Origin: Hypanus sabinus
Taxonomy: Eukaryota
DNA length: 64,000 bases
Direction: 5' to 3'
NCBI RefSeq assembly: GCF_030144855.1
Contig: NC_082727.1
Location: 51,708,001-51,772,000 of the forward strand
The stretch's first letter is position 1; every line of letters begins with the position of its first letter. The notes under the pieces were generated by a model. It was given only the letters and a program-made list of their open reading frames with translations, had not been told where the DNA came from and did no database searches. Below, piece after piece: positions 38,549 through 52,459 of this stretch. The position numbers and the translations under genes were made by a program.

Positions 38549-39794
38549 GATCACTGCCAGAAGCTACTGGACCCCTGCATTCAGAAGTCCAGAAGTTGCT
38601 GTTAGTTCCACAGAATAATGAACAGTGAACATCATTATTCTGAGCCATTGCTTTGATAGACATGCAGATTAAGCTACTAGAAGTTGAGAACTATTGTTTG
38701 GTTGAGGATGGCAGAATATTAAATCTTCAAATTCACCCAGCCCTTGCTGCTCTCAGCTCCAAAGAGAAGAATAAATAAAATGGAAATCCCAAGTCAATTA
38801 AGTGGTATGATACTGTTGCACTTCGCTATTGAATGTTCAGCAATTTCTTTATTTTGATGGGCAAAATTAGCCACTTCTGTGACGGATGATAAGTAGCCAA
38901 GCATTTTTCTTTTAATTTTAAATACAACTTGAGTAGTTCCTGCAGATTTTTAAAATGTTGTTTCAGTGTGTTGTTCCAAGCTGATAACAAAAATTTCAGA
39001 CCTCCCTCCCAGTGGAATGTTCTGATGGGAAAAGTCAATTTATGGATTACTTCCTTGGTTGGTTTCTATAAATATACTTAAGCAATCGTTTCAGCTTAAG
39101 TCAAAAAGGGCAATCTGTTTAGGATGTAAAACGTTCATTTGATATTGGGTGAAGACTATTCATTACTAGAGTATTAATGGGGTTTCTTGGCCTGAAAACT
39201 GCGTAGCTTAATGGGTCAAATGTCAGTCACAAGTGCAAAACTTACCCAGTTGAAAAATATCTGTTCTGCTGGCCGATTGGACCAGTTGCTCGATGACAGT
39301 ACATTGAGGAACACATCTGCTTTCATAGCCGAGTCTTATTAAAGGCAACTCCTGACTGGAGAGGAAACATTGGTTCTCTGGATCCACCTGTCAACTCTAG
39401 GCTGCTAGGAAATCTAATAAGCAGCTAACCCACCTTTGTCAATTTTTGAACTATTAATTTACACAGGTTCTACTGAGTAATCAAGGTTAAAGTCGATACC
39501 CTCGTCTTCTCCAAAAGAAATCCTCTGCCTGGAGGTTCATTTGAACCGTGAATCATCCTTTAATTCATTCTGTTAATATTGTCTCTGATCATACACAGGT
39601 TTAGCTTCATACTCCTGAAGCTTCCAAGCAGTTAAACAACAGTCCAGTGCCTGCTGCCTGAGTTCATTACTTGATTTATTGTAAATCCACAATATCCTTC
39701 TCTTTAATTCCTGATCTGCTTTCTGTGATCCTTCTGAGTACTGAGTCTAGAGTATTTGTTACTTATCCTGGGGTACTGTCAGTTAACAAGAAAA

Positions 39795-39930
39795 CCCTCT
39801 ATGTTCTGATGAAAGGTCAATGATCAAAAGCGTTAGCTCATTTACTCTATTCACAGATGCTGCCTGACCCACTGCGTTTCCGGTGTATTGTACTTTCATT
39901 TCCGACTAACAGCATTATTTTACTTTTGCG
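39795..39930 (+). mobile_element. Degraded Penelope terminal-repeat fragment
   Basis: CTGATGAAAGGTC..CACAGATGCTGCCTGACC. Confidence 0.6.
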
Positions 39931-40029
39931 TCTTCCATGTACGCTAGGTAATTACCTAATCCACTAACAAACCCTCTTATCTAAAGGGCACAGGGGCTTT
40001 GGATGTTGTGGGGTTTTTTTTTACCTATT

Positions 40030-40335
40030 TATTCCGTTGTGAGATATAAACATCTTGTTTATGATTCATTTAATTTGCCCTGAAATAGGCTGTTAAGAAA
40101 AAAACCACATTGGTTGAACCTGCTGTTGCATTTAGCTCATACCAAATAAAGGTGGCAGATTTTCATCCCTGTGGGATATTTTGGAACCAGATGGGTTTTT
40201 ACAACAAACATCATTTCATAGTTACCGATGTTAGTTTTTTTATTATTTTAATAACTTGAATGATTTACTTTGGAGGGATTTATGCTCCTATCTGCAAACT
40301 GCAGGTATATTAATTTGCCCACCATGCTATTGTAA
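40030..40335 (-). mobile_element. Old SINE family, copy 1
   Basis: Shares GGCAGATTT..TCCCT..GAACCAGATGGGTTTTTACAACAAAC with 53060-53445. Confidence 0.55.
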
Positions 40336-40394
40336 CACTCACAGGATTTATTGTATGATAACCTAGGACAATGTTTTATAGGACAAATAGTATA

Positions 40395-40634
40395 AGACAC
40401 ACAGAAAGCTGGAGGAACTCAGCAGGTCAGCCAGCTTCTATGAAAATGAATGAGCTGAGGTTTACTAGCAATAATGAGCTGGAACTAAATAAACTTCACT
40501 GCTCCCCCACCTAAAACCTATTTTCCCTTGGGCAAGGAACAGCAAAGGTCTCTTTCGTGTGTCATGTAATGCTGAGTTTGAGCTGAGACCCTTCATCAGG
40601 ACTGGAAAGGAAGGGGAAAGATGCCAGAATAAAT
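40395..40634 (-). mobile_element. Penelope terminal repeat, interrupted at about 40455-40575
   Basis: ACACACAGAAAGCTGGAGGAACTCAGCAGGTCAG, then GCTGAGACCCTTCATCAGGACTGG. Confidence 0.7.
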
Positions 40635-40635
40635 A

Positions 40636-40980
40636 CAGTGGTGTGCAAACGTTTGGGCACCCCGGTCAAAATTTCTGTTACTGTGAATAGCTAAGCGAGT
40701 AAAAGGTGACCTGATTTCCAAAAGGCATAGAGTTAAAGATGACGCATTTTTTTAATATTTTAAGCAATATTACTTTTTTTATTTCCATCTTTTACAGTTT
40801 CAAAATAACAAAAAAATAATAGAGCCCAAAGCAAAAGTTTGGGCACCCTGCATGGTCAGTGCTTAGTAACACCCTCTTTGGCAAGTATCACAGCTTGTAA
40901 ATGCTTTCTGTTGCCAGCTAAGAGTCGTTCAATTCTTGTTTGGGGGATTTCTGCTCATTCTTCCTTACAAAAGGCTTCTA
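40636..40980. mobile_element. Tc1 IR/DR-type terminal inverted repeat (one end only)
   Basis: TA|CAGTGGTGTGCAAACGTTTGGGCACCCC with inner direct repeat GCAAAAGTTTGGGCACCCTG at 40831. Confidence 0.8.
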
Positions 40981-40981
40981 G

Positions 40982-41310
40982 CACCGTGTCATATGACATG
41001 GGTGATCATGGTCTTTCCATTACCATGATTGTTCTTGGCAAATTTTTCTACAAAAGTGGTTCCCCATTGCCTTCTTCTGGTGGTGTCTTTACAAGATGGG
41101 TGACCTCCGGCCATTATCAGAACTCTTCAGAAATTGTCAATGGTCATATACCCGGGACTTGTGATAAGCACCAGCTGCTCATACAGCCATCCACCACCTG
41201 CTCCCATGGCTTCACATGACCCTGATCAGGGGGCTAGGGAGGTGCTACACCTTGTCCAAGTGTGACCTGCAGGCTAGCGGAGGGAAGGGCCTCGTCTCTA
41301 CCCCAGCACC
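40982..41310. mobile_element. RTE-associated SINE-like repeat, copy 1
   Basis: Homologous to 61855-62210 (GGTGATCATGGTCTT..TCTTGGCAAATTTTTCT..AAGTGGTT..CCATTGCCTTCTTCTGG). Confidence 0.65.
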
Positions 41311-42730
41311 ATCAGCTCTAATTCTTGCCCCCACTTGCCCTTGTGGTTGTGCATATCCCTGATCTAAACACACATGGCAGATCTTTCACCAGTGCTTGGT
41401 CAGGATGTCTTCACTCTATAGCTTATGATTTGACTTGCAGTGCACTCAGAAGGAAACTTGCCACTATCTTCTCTAATAATTCCCAACTCTGCTTCTGTTA
41501 CCCACAACTTACGATGGCCATAAGTGATTGAGGACAAGCTCAGTTTAGCTTTGTTACCCACTCCCACTACCCCTTGACCCCACCGCCTGCTCATGCCCAC
41601 GGTTTATGACCTCCTGGTCCTCACAGTCCAGACTGGGAGGCTGTGCTGTGGAGAGCGGTGAGGTACTGGGACTGGCTGGGACAAATTCATTGGCTTCAAG
41701 AGCGGGAACAATGAGGGGAGGAAAAACAGGAGAAAAGACAAAACAAAAAAGCCGACAGGATAACAAAAAAAAACAGCAATGTTTGTACAATTAAAGTTAA
41801 TAAGTGAACAGGAACCATCAGACAAACAGCCAAAACGATGGCATGTATAATAGTGAGACAACAGATCCACAAGGCACCTGCCTCTTAGTAGATAAAGCAC
41901 TAACAAGGTTCTTTATACAATTGGAAACGATCATCTATCTGCATTCTTTAATACAGATTGGCACTTGAGGAAAATTAGAAATACATAAAACCGCATGACA
42001 ACAAAACAAGGCTATGAAAGCAGCAGGGGAAAGGAACAAAACAAATAGCTGCAGATAAAATAATAGGGAAAGCATTATTGAAAGAGACAGCTTGGAACAT
42101 ATTTCCCCTCAAGCCCTTATAAGCATCCTTTGGTATATGAGCATGTTGAGATTTGTCAGGAGAACTGCACAACAAAACCGTTGTGATGGAGAGACCTACA
42201 GCTACTAAAATGTGCAATGCGGATAACACACTTCAAATAAGATAAAGAGCCCAAAAATAGAAACAAGTTGAAAATAATACACGAGGCATAAGTGAAATAG
42301 GATTCAAATTGCATACTGATCTGGATAAGTGGATTCTATTTCGTAACCACAGATACTGCATAATTAGCTGAGTATTTCCATCATTTTCTGATATTTGTTT
42401 CAGGTTTCAGCATCTGCCGTTCCATTCAGTTTACTACTGAGCTCCAGGTTTTTCCTGCTCTTTGTTTAAAGTACTCCTGCATGATTATTTGTGCTGTGGT
42501 CATTGTTCTGAACTTCCACAAAAAAGGCTACAGGGAGAAGGCTGGGGAGTGGGGCAGGAGGGGAGTAAGGAACAGCCAGGATTGAACGGTGGAGCAGACT
42601 CAATATCCAAATGGCCAGATTCTGCTCCTGTGTCACTGTTCATCTTTTTAATGCCCCTCTTTATTATCAAAACTTCTTTAAGTGTCCTCTTTGATTTACC
42701 CTTGCCAGATGAGAGGGCTGTAGCTTGCTC

Positions 42731-43266
42731 CAGAATTGTGCAAAAGTCTTAGGCACATATATATGGCTGGTGTGCCAAAGACCTTTGCACAGGACTGTAG
42801 TAATTTTATGTATTGCACTGTACTGCTGCCACAAAATAAACTAATTTCATCACATATGTGTATAATGATAAACCTGATTCTGATATGGGTCTCTATTGTG
42901 GACAGAGCGTGGGAAGGGACAGGGAGAGGGGAGTCATGGTTGAGAAAATGGGGAGGGAGCGGGAAACACAAGAGAAACATTCTGTAACGATCAATAAACC
43001 AATTGTTTGGAATCAAATCACTTTGCCTGGTGCCTCAGGACTGGGTGTGTCTGCACCCACTCCACCCCCAGCCCTGGCATTCCTCTGCCACCTGTCCCAC
43101 ATCCTCCCACAGCACTCCACCCTTGCCATTGGCAATACTCTACACCCTTTCCCAATGCTAGATTTACAAACTTGCTCTCTGCTCCATATTAACAAATACA
43201 ATACTGTTGAAAGGTCTTCGGCACCCTAACAATATATATGTGTCTTAAGACTTTTGCATAGTATTA
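42731..43266 (+). mobile_element. Composite Tc1/mariner-type non-autonomous element, copy 1
   Basis: Bounded by two palindromic ~67-bp units (arm consensus CAGTACTGTGCAAAAGTCTTAGGCAC); interior homologous to 57444-57985. Confidence 0.8.
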
Positions 43267-44479
43267 TATAAAAATATATATATATACATATAAACAATTC
43301 GTGCAAACATTGCAGGGAAGTTGCAGTATCTATTTCTACCTGCAGGTTAAGTGGAGATAAAATACTTCATTATGGGTGAGAAATCTGACAAACACAAATC
43401 GACCTTCTCCTTGCAATAAACCTGCAATGAAATATGCATACGGTGCTATCATATTCCCTTGGTTTGAAATTATATTGACAAAATAGCATCATTGATGTCT
43501 TTCCTGCACTATAGAAATACTCATTAAAATTCATTAAAGTCACAAGCACACAATGTGCTTTCAGACAAGAATAATCACTGCCGGGCCTGCGACGATGATG
43601 AGCAGTCGACTCCCAAACAGTCTACACATGAGGCTGACTGTTCACTATTATATTGCTGCTTACAAGTTATTTAATGGAGCACCCCTGGAAAGACACTTAT
43701 CCTGTCACAACTGATTACAATATTTAATACCCAAATACTTAATAAGTTACTAAACCAGAACCCGTACATCAGATTCCATGAGAGAAACGGAGACTGGTGT
43801 ACATGCTAACATCTCATCAATGCTGAATGTTCCCGTGACTGCAACTAACGATATGAAAACACACTGGAGTAGTTCAGGAGAAACCACAACTGCAATACTA
43901 CATTTCATCCTAATAATAATCACAGCAGGTAGACCGTATTCACTATTGATATACACATTAGCCAAGCTAATGATATAAGTGAATGCTAAAACAAAAATAT
44001 CTGTAGCAAGGTCACATCTTGTTAGTTTGAAATCCTCACTGAATGGAAGTTACTTCATTTATAACTGAATGGCAATTCCATGCCGGCAAGATGAATTTTG
44101 ACAAAATTTGGAAAAGAAAAGCTCAATTTGCCGACAGATATTCAGTGGCAATAAAACCCAAAACATTTTCTACAGCAAAGTCCCAACAAATGACTCAGAG
44201 AGAAATAGACATCTAATTCTGTTACCTGTGTATCCAATTTAAATACATGGGCCCTGAATTTATTGAAGAACTAATGGTAGGTTTAAGAATATTAATTGTG
44301 CACTTCAAAAAAAAATTCTCAGTGATGAATTACTAGTCAACTTCTTTTTCACTTCATCACCATTAGCTTCACTCTTGATTTACTGGTCCATCTATTTAGT
44401 ATCTTATTTCGCATGTTCCATTCTGAACCTTATATGTTATTGTGTAAACTACTTCATATCAGTACTTGCTAAAAGCACT

Positions 44480-44790
44480 CACTCTCTCCCACACTCCACC
44501 CCCACCCTTTAACTCTAATCCCCCTCCCTGTCCCCCTTCTCCTCACTCTTCTCCCTTTCCTCTCTTCCCTCCCTCTCTCCCCTCCTCCCAACTCCCCACT
44601 CCTTCTCACATCCTTTCTTTCTTCTCTCCCTCCCTTCTCTCCCTCTTCTTCCTATCTCCTCTCCCCCTTCCACCTCCCTCTCCTGTTCCCTATCCCACAC
44701 CCTCCCCCTATTCTCCCTTCCTCTCCATCTCTCTTTCCCTCTGCCTCCTCTCCCTCCCATTGTCTCTGCCCTGTTCTCCTCCACACGCAC
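44480..44790. repeat. Polypyrimidine/polypurine low-complexity tract
   Basis: About 300 nt almost entirely C/T on the + strand. Confidence 0.9.
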
Positions 44791-46183
44791 CAGCCAGAGC
44801 CACTGTCTTCCTTCTCCCTGTACATCCAGAGTACAGTACCTCCGTCATTATAGATCATATTTTGTCTTCTAGCCTTGCTTAATGCATTATTAATTGTTTA
44901 TCTTAGTTATGGCTATTTTTGTACTTAGAGAGGTGAAAATACTGATCAATGTTACGTCAGATTGCTCATATTTTACACTAAAAAAGTAACTGCAACAAAC
45001 TCGTTTGCATAAGCTTAACATTCGTTGCTCTAGTAATTTTAGCTGATGATGGCCTGATTGCAGAATGGATCTGAAAACATATTCCTTAATTGTGTGTTGC
45101 TAGGTTACAGGGGGTTTGACCATAATCAGAGAGAGATTATGGACTCATTTTAGTTGCTGAAAGGTTTAACCAAAGGAGGACTTGGAGAAAATTGCTTTTG
45201 GATTTTTGATGTATGCAGTTATTCATGCAAAACATTAACCAATCATCAGAATTATTATTCATACTAGTAATATGATACATGTAACATATTCATTTTCAAA
45301 AACAAAAGTAATGAACCACTAATCTCTTGTCTTTTTATTTAAAAAAAAAGTAGAATTGAGTTGACCTTTATTAATTCTTAAGCCTTCCAGGAAATTTCCA
45401 TCATTGTGTGATACATCTTTTTATAATGGCAGATTATTCATCCCTTAATATACATGAATGAAAATAAAGAACATGGGCTTGTTACAGGTGAAATTTCTTA
45501 CTTCAGAGAACTTAATGTTTAAAATTAATATGAAGAAGATTGGCTTGCTGCAGATGGAATTTATTATATTTCTATGAACTTACATTTTTAAAAAAACTGG
45601 AGTGCATTATTGAGAAAAATTTTTAAAAGCATGATCAGCAATGAAAATAATCAAGTTATGCAGGGCAGCAGAAACTCTCAGATGAGGCCATCGGTGTGTG
45701 CTCAATTAGTTATGTTGTGTTGGTTAAAGCAAAGGAGTTCTCATTTCAACTTTTTGCCCAGTGATCTTCCCTGGACGAGTATGAACCTACAAGATTCAGC
45801 AAGGACAGTTTTTCCTCCCCTCAGCTGCACAAAGTTGAATGATGCCACATAAGTAAACATCAGGTTTCAGGGGACTAAGGAATCAAAGATTACATGAGAA
45901 TTAAAGTAAAACAAAATATAATGATAAGATGTAAATATTTGCTGAGATTCTTTAAATGTTAAACACTAAACATAGAAGTTATTAAGAACTGGGTTGTCTC
46001 CACTTTTACACAAACTAACCATTTTTAAGTTCAATTGTGGTACTGTAGGTGCCTATCACTGGTTCCTCTGGGGTGATGGCGACAATCTGGCTGATGAAAG
46101 TACTATCACGCTGCTATTGAGCAGGAGTACCAGAATTTAGGTCTTGCGATGATGGTGATGCAATCATCATCTTCTCCAAGGAT

Positions 46184-46435
46184 CGTCACTTTGTCATGGT
46201 GGAGAGACTTGTGCGTCCCTCAGATCCTGAGAGTGATGTCGTCTGGAACAGCTCCTGGTGGAGTCACCCATGGCAGTAAGGTCTAGGGGAGGTTTCAGAT
46301 AAAGAACATCTTACCAAGACCTCTGCCGTGGAACTGGTTGAAGCTGACGTCAGATCACAATGACAGTGAAGGTGGAGGAAGGCTACAGCAGTAAAGGTTC
46401 CCCATTTATTTTGCATTCCATGCCACTGGACATAC
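46184..46435 (+). mobile_element. RTE LINE 5'-region fragment (related piece at about 51185-51430)
   Basis: CGTCACTTTGTCATGGTGGAGAGACTTGTG..CCCATGGC..GGTCTAGGGGAGG is RTE 5' UTR-like; GAAGGT.GAGG..CAGCAGT.AAG..TCCCC..TGCAT.CCATGCCAC recurs near 51201. Confidence 0.55.
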
Positions 46436-46899
46436 TAGGAGGACAGAATTCACAGGCCTTTGTCTCCAGTACTAACTCATTAGCCTTGTCATCAATGTTA
46501 TTGCCCTTCCTGCTCTTCATCTGGCATTGAGTCAGAATTTCTACAACCTTGGCATCCTATGGAGCAAGACTGCAGCTTCATAATTGCTCCATTAGAAAGG
46601 CCTCCAATCTCCAGAACCATTAGATTACATTTACCAGCTGCTGCCTCAGCTATTTGATACAAAACCCTCATTCATGCCATTTTCTGATCCAGACTTCATT
46701 TTCCCTCATGTTATTTATTGACCACCATAAGCAGCTCCTCCAAAGCCTTTCTGCCCCTCGTCGTTATGCTAGCTCAGCTCCATACCAAGTTCATTACTGT
46801 GCTTCCCTTTCACCTTCCTCCATGCTGAAAACCACCAGCTGTGAGCCATCAATGAGCAAGAAAGGTTGGTTGACAGCAACAGTTTATGTGAGGAGAGCA

Positions 46900-47510
46900 T
46901 GATCCTGGCCATGCTCACTTCTTGCTGCTGGCATCAGGAGGAAGGAGCAGTAGGACTCACACCACTAGGTTGAGGAACAGTTACTACCCCTCAACCATCA
47001 GGCTCTTGAGCCAAAGGGAATAACTTCACTTGCCCCATCACTGAAATGTTCCCACAACCTATGGACTCACTTTCAAAGACTCTTCATCTCATGTTCTCGA
47101 TATATATTGCTTGCTTATTTATTTATTTAAGTTTTAATTTTCTTTTGTAGTTGCAGTTTGTTGTCTTTTGCACTCTGGTTGTCCATCCTGTTGGTGTGGT
47201 CCTTCATTAATTCTGTTATGGTTATTGGATATACTAAGCATGCCTGCAACAAAATGAATCTCAGGGTTGCATATGCCAACATATTTACTTTGATAACTGA
47301 GCAGCTGTGGACTCAGTTTCATGAACTTCAGTTACTTGCTTTCTTTTGTTGTTTCTGCGGTTTTTTTCCTGCACATTGGGCGTTTGATGGGCTTTTTTTA
47401 ATGGGTTCTATTGGGTTTCTTTTTTTCGTGGCTGCCTCTAAGTAGAAAATTTCAAGGTTGTATGTAGTATACACACTTTAATAACAGATGTTTTATTATC
47501 AACTTTGAAC
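46900..47510 (+). mobile_element. Rex-like LINE 3' end followed by a second tail fragment
   Basis: PGHA..LLLASG..RTHTTRLRNSYYPSTIRLL followed by the shared UTR. Confidence 0.75.
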
Positions 47511-49821
47511 AGTTATTTCATTTGGATGCTACTTCTCCCCTTAGAAAGTGAATAGAGGATTAGAAGGAGAGAGAATGGGTTATTGGTGTCAGGTTATGTA
47601 TGAGCTATGCACTGTAGTAAGAATGTTTCACTGAAATTTTCTTCCTACTGTAGCCTTGACTAAAAATCAGGGTAGAAGCTGCAATGCCTGAGGCTGTCAA
47701 TAGACATGTGCACTGATTTTTTTTAAGTATGTCTAGGATTGGCCGCATCTTGTACTTGGCTGTCTGTTATTCCATGAGAGAGATCACTAAGCTCCCTATT
47801 CAGTGACATATCACAATATTTTCACTTTTTCTGTTCGTTCTGCCTACTTGTTTGAACCATCATAATTGTCCTCATCTTCAGCTGTGAGGGCCAAAAGATC
47901 TTGATTTCCTCAATGTGTTGTTACTATTACCTCTTCATTTCTCTCTTGTCCCTGAAAGGGTTCTTCCGAAAAATCCATTATTATTGTCACCTACCCCAAT
48001 TCTCTCCTCTGATGCTGTTACCTAACCTCTCTTTAATTAGATTCCTGTGATACACTATTTTTATATTTTTTTATAATGAATGTGCTTTTTAAAGTCAAAC
48101 TCTTGTTGATTAGGATCTTGTTTTAGGTTTCTGAAAGATCTCTTTTTTTCTTGTATCTCATTGCTTAATGTTTTTGAAAATGGAAAATTTTCACCTGATA
48201 TGCATTGAAAAGAGTCTTTTTTATCTGTCACTCATTTCTGAACAGAAGACAGTTTGATTATAAAGTGGGTTGAACTAATTGATTTGAAAATGTTTCTATT
48301 AGCTTTGAGGGTTTAGAGGCCTACTTAAACACATGGATAAAGTCATGCCAAGTCCAAACACACAACCGTGATTCACACAAGTTGTTTTTATAGATGGTTT
48401 AATCTTAAAAATATATTTTAAGACAATAATTGCTTAAGTATCTCATTTTCGGTCTTTCACAAACATGGTTATTAAGACCTTACCTTAATTTTTAGAATTC
48501 CCATGAGTAATCCTCTTTTCCTTCTCAGTCTTGCAGATACCTAAGTCTAGGTTGTAACAAAGGCCTTCAGCAGAAACTTGGGTATGGTTAGGAGACTTAT
48601 GTTTGTAAAAATTAAAAAAAAACAGTTAAAACCGGAATGGTCTTGAAGAGGAGCTGCCTGCAGATAGCTGAGCTGGAAAGTGAGGCTGTTGCCTGCAGGT
48701 TAATGGCAGAGAGATAACCACACAACAAACAAATAAAAGAACCCAACCAAATTGTCTGTCTCAGATGTGTTTGTGGAGATCAAGTCAAGACCTGTGAGAG
48801 GAACTGATTTGTCCATGATACCATGTGGATAACAAGATGCAATCAGATATGTTAAAATCTCAATTACTAATACCCTGATATCGATCACAAGCTTAGGAGT
48901 CGTGTAAAATACTCAGTGGGTTTTGAAGATTATGTGGATGTCCATTCCATACTCACAAAAAATAAATTCTCTTGCTAGCAGGCCACTAAAATCCTGCTTG
49001 AATTGAGCTATTAAAAAGATACATGTAGACGGATGACAAAATAGAGTATTACAGAGACTCAAATTATTTCATATGAGACACCTTTAGTTTTATTATAGTC
49101 CTATCTTACATTTTGCCTTAAAACAAATTGCCTCTCACACTTCTTCCCGTCTTCTTTGGAGTCATCCTGGTTTCCAAATTCTTGTTCAACACTGGAAAAT
49201 AAATACCATGTCAGCCTATTGTAAAAAAGCACTCTCCTCTGAGAAACATTAAGTCATCTTGATCTTGTCTGCAGTGCAATTATCGTACAGTAAGTGTTCA
49301 GTATTTTATAGAGACCGCTGCTGCATTCTCATGGAGAACTTGATGCCTTTTCCAGGATGAGCAGTGTACCTTGTATGGCTGCGGGTGGACAGTAATAATG
49401 CGAATAAATAGTGTCTAAAAATGGAGTTCCAAGCAATATGCATGGCAAAAAGCGAAATGTTGTGCATTTTGATTAGTACTGGCCACAGAACAATAGCTCC
49501 TAGTAAATCTTGTACGGTACTTGCTCTAGACTAACAAATCATATCTTGAACTTGAGTATATTCCAATGAAATAATGGTGCAGATCTAAAGTTTCTATGGG
49601 GTAACTGCAGACTAGTGTGCTGAAAACTCCCTCCATGGCTTTAATTACTTTTGAGTTACTATAGTTAACGATGTTTGTTCAACTGTAATTAATAAGTCAA
49701 TCGAAAATAGATTGTCACCAGTTTGTACCCAGTTATTGACATCCTACTTCATTTTCTTCCTTCAAAAGATTTCAGAATAAAATCTTATCAGTGACTTCAC
49801 TTTAAAGCATGGAGTAGTCAA

Positions 49822-50290
49822 AATCAGAATCAGATTTAATATCACTGACATACCTCATGAAATTTGTTATGTGGCAGCAGTACATTGCTAAACATAATAA
49901 TAAAAACTGTAAATTACATTAAATATATTTATGTATTAAAATAATTGAATTAAATAAGTGGTGCAAAAAGAGAGAAAAAAAAGTAGTGAGGAGGTGCTCC
50001 TGGGCTCAGTGTCCATTCAGAAATTGAATGGCAGAGGGGAAGAAGCTGTTCCTGACTCATTGAGTGTGTGCCTTCTGGCTTCTGTATCTCCTTCCTGATG
50101 GTAGCAGTAAGAAGAGGGCATGTGCTGGATGATGGAGGTCCTTAATGATGGACGCTGCCTTTTTGAGGCATTGTACATTGAAGATGTTCTGAATGCTAGG
50201 GAGGCCAGTGCCTATGGAGCTGACTGAGTTGACAACTTTCTGCAGCTTATTTTGATCCTGTGCAGTGGTCCCTCCATACCAGATGGTGTT
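49822..50290 (-). mobile_element. Rex-like LINE 3' end
   Basis: WYG..TAQD..KLQKVV..CLKKAASIIKD.HHPAHALF.LLPSGRRYRS; (AATCAG)n tail. Confidence 0.85.
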
Positions 50291-50484
50291 CAATAATTTA
50301 AGTTATAAAAGTGCCATCGCTTACCATTAAAATTGGAGAAATCAGCAGCAAGTTCATTGTCCACCTCAAGATTAAAAGAAAAGAGTCTTTTTGAGGTAAT
50401 AATTGCTTAAATACCTAATTTTCCGTTCTTCAGAAGCCTGGTCATTAATACCATCAACATTGTATGGTGTGACAACACAAATTA

Positions 50485-50730
50485 CGCAGGAGCACGACCA
50501 TAATACAGCTCGGGGCGTTCCAGAGTTTGGAGTTCAATTCTGGCATCCTCTGTAAGGAGTCTGTATATCCTCCCCGTGGAATGCATGGTGCTCCCCATTT
50601 CCTCACGCATTCCGAAGACGTACCAGTCATTGTAAATTGTCCTGTGATTAGGCTCAGGTTACAATGGGGTTTACTGGATAGCACTGCTCAAAGGGGCCTG
50701 TTTCATGGTGTAGCTCAACAAATAAATAAC
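50485..50730 (+). mobile_element. V-domain tRNA SINE
   Basis: B box GAGTTCAATTC, V-domain remnant, CATTGTAAATTGTCCTGTGATTAGGCT. Confidence 0.7.
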
Positions 50731-52459
50731 ATTTAACGAAGGGTGGTGAAAGTTAGCTAAAACTAAATGATATAGATAGGCGGCTAGATATAAAAAGTTA
50801 TAAACAGGATGCAGTGGGGTTGGGTGAGTTAAGAAAGCTGCTGACCTTTACCGTCATTAGTTTCTGCAGTAGTACACTGTCCCATTCCAAACACCTTTAG
50901 GAAGACCCTGGAGAATGTGCAGAAGAATTTCCATGCAAAGTGATCAGTGTCGAGATTCAGAGAATTGTGATTGTTTCTACTGCTGTAAAGAATGTTAGGC
51001 AGATGCCCCATGAAAATATTGTTGATGAAGAGCAAGGATAGTAGATGTTGCAGATAATTTATATTCCTCAATCAATATCACTGTAAACTAATTACCTGCT
51101 CTTGTCAAGTTACTGTTAGCTGAAGCTTGCTGAGTGTGAATTAGCCAGTGTGTTTCCTGCGCTGAAGTTGCAGAGGTACAATAAGAGTCATCTCAGCGGG
51201 GAAGGTAGAGGCAGACTGCAGCAGTGAAGAGTCCCCAGTCGTCCTGCATCCCATGCCACCGAGCAGTCAAGGACTGTGCATGGTGACTGCCCGAGCATCA
51301 GCCTCCCTACCTGAAACAAAATCACACAAAGGCCTTCTCCATGAAGGGATCCACACTAGCATCCTGGATTAAGTCCCTTGGCAATCAGCAGGTGGTGAAA
51401 GTGGCAGGATTATGAGGTCTGGAAGCCCCTAGCCCCTAGGAATATATAGATCCCGGGTCAGCCTATACAGCCGCATGGAGACCCACCAATAGACAACCTC
51501 TGGGGAAAACATCATACTCAACTCAAGATATCACTGTAGTACCACTACTACATCAGGAGTAGGTTAGTTGCTGGCAAACATGTTTGTAGCTTGATAGGCA
51601 CTGTAAGAGGGAAATCTTTTATATTTTTTTCCAATGGAAAGAAAGATAGGACAAATCTATCAGGGTTAAAGAGCTCTTGGAAAATCATAATATTATTGGA
51701 CAATATTAACACTGTTATAATACACTTCTGGTATATTGATTAAGAATATTTTGAAAGTATAATGTCTAAAAAGGGTGTATTTAACTTTTCATATAGCTTG
51801 AGAAGCCACTCGAGGTTATTACTCCAAATCAAAACATGTGGAAATGGGATTAAAATATTGCCATATATTGAGGATTGGATGAAAGGAGATTGACAGCCTG
51901 TAACGTGGGGTAGAATGCTTGGACTTGTTATATTTACCATCTACATCAATGATGCTTCTGAGTGCTGTTGCCTTGGCCAGAAACTATAGATGTGGTTAAG
52001 AGTCAAGCATCAGGAAATAGACCCATTTTGACAGCTTTATATTTTGCACTGCTGGAGACAGCTGATTAAAAAAAAAATGCTGAAAATTGCAAGTGAAAAT
52101 TTTCATTTTATTTTTAGATCTAGGGAAATCGAAAAATAGCAGCATTTATTCATGTACAATGAAATTGTATCAAAACATCTCTTCCCTATCCAAGAGTCAA
52201 AAACAGCTGTTCAAGTCACATTGAAATAGTGTAAATGCTTAAGTATTCCAGATGGAAGGGGTGAGAGGTTATTCACATCTATTCATGGAAAAGTTAATTC
52301 CGTTGTCGAGTATTTGACAATTAACCTGTATTTTTCACTGGAAATATTTTTAAAAGGCTATGCCAGGAGAGAATGGGATCATTCAAAAATATAAATGTTT
52401 TTACAATAATACAGTTAATACAACATGAATGTCACTTTTTCTGTCTGGTGAACACATTC

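Noticed and set aside
44466-44882. Pro/Ser-rich and Glu/Arg/Gly-rich ORFs
   Set aside because: Translation artefacts of the C/T low-complexity tract.
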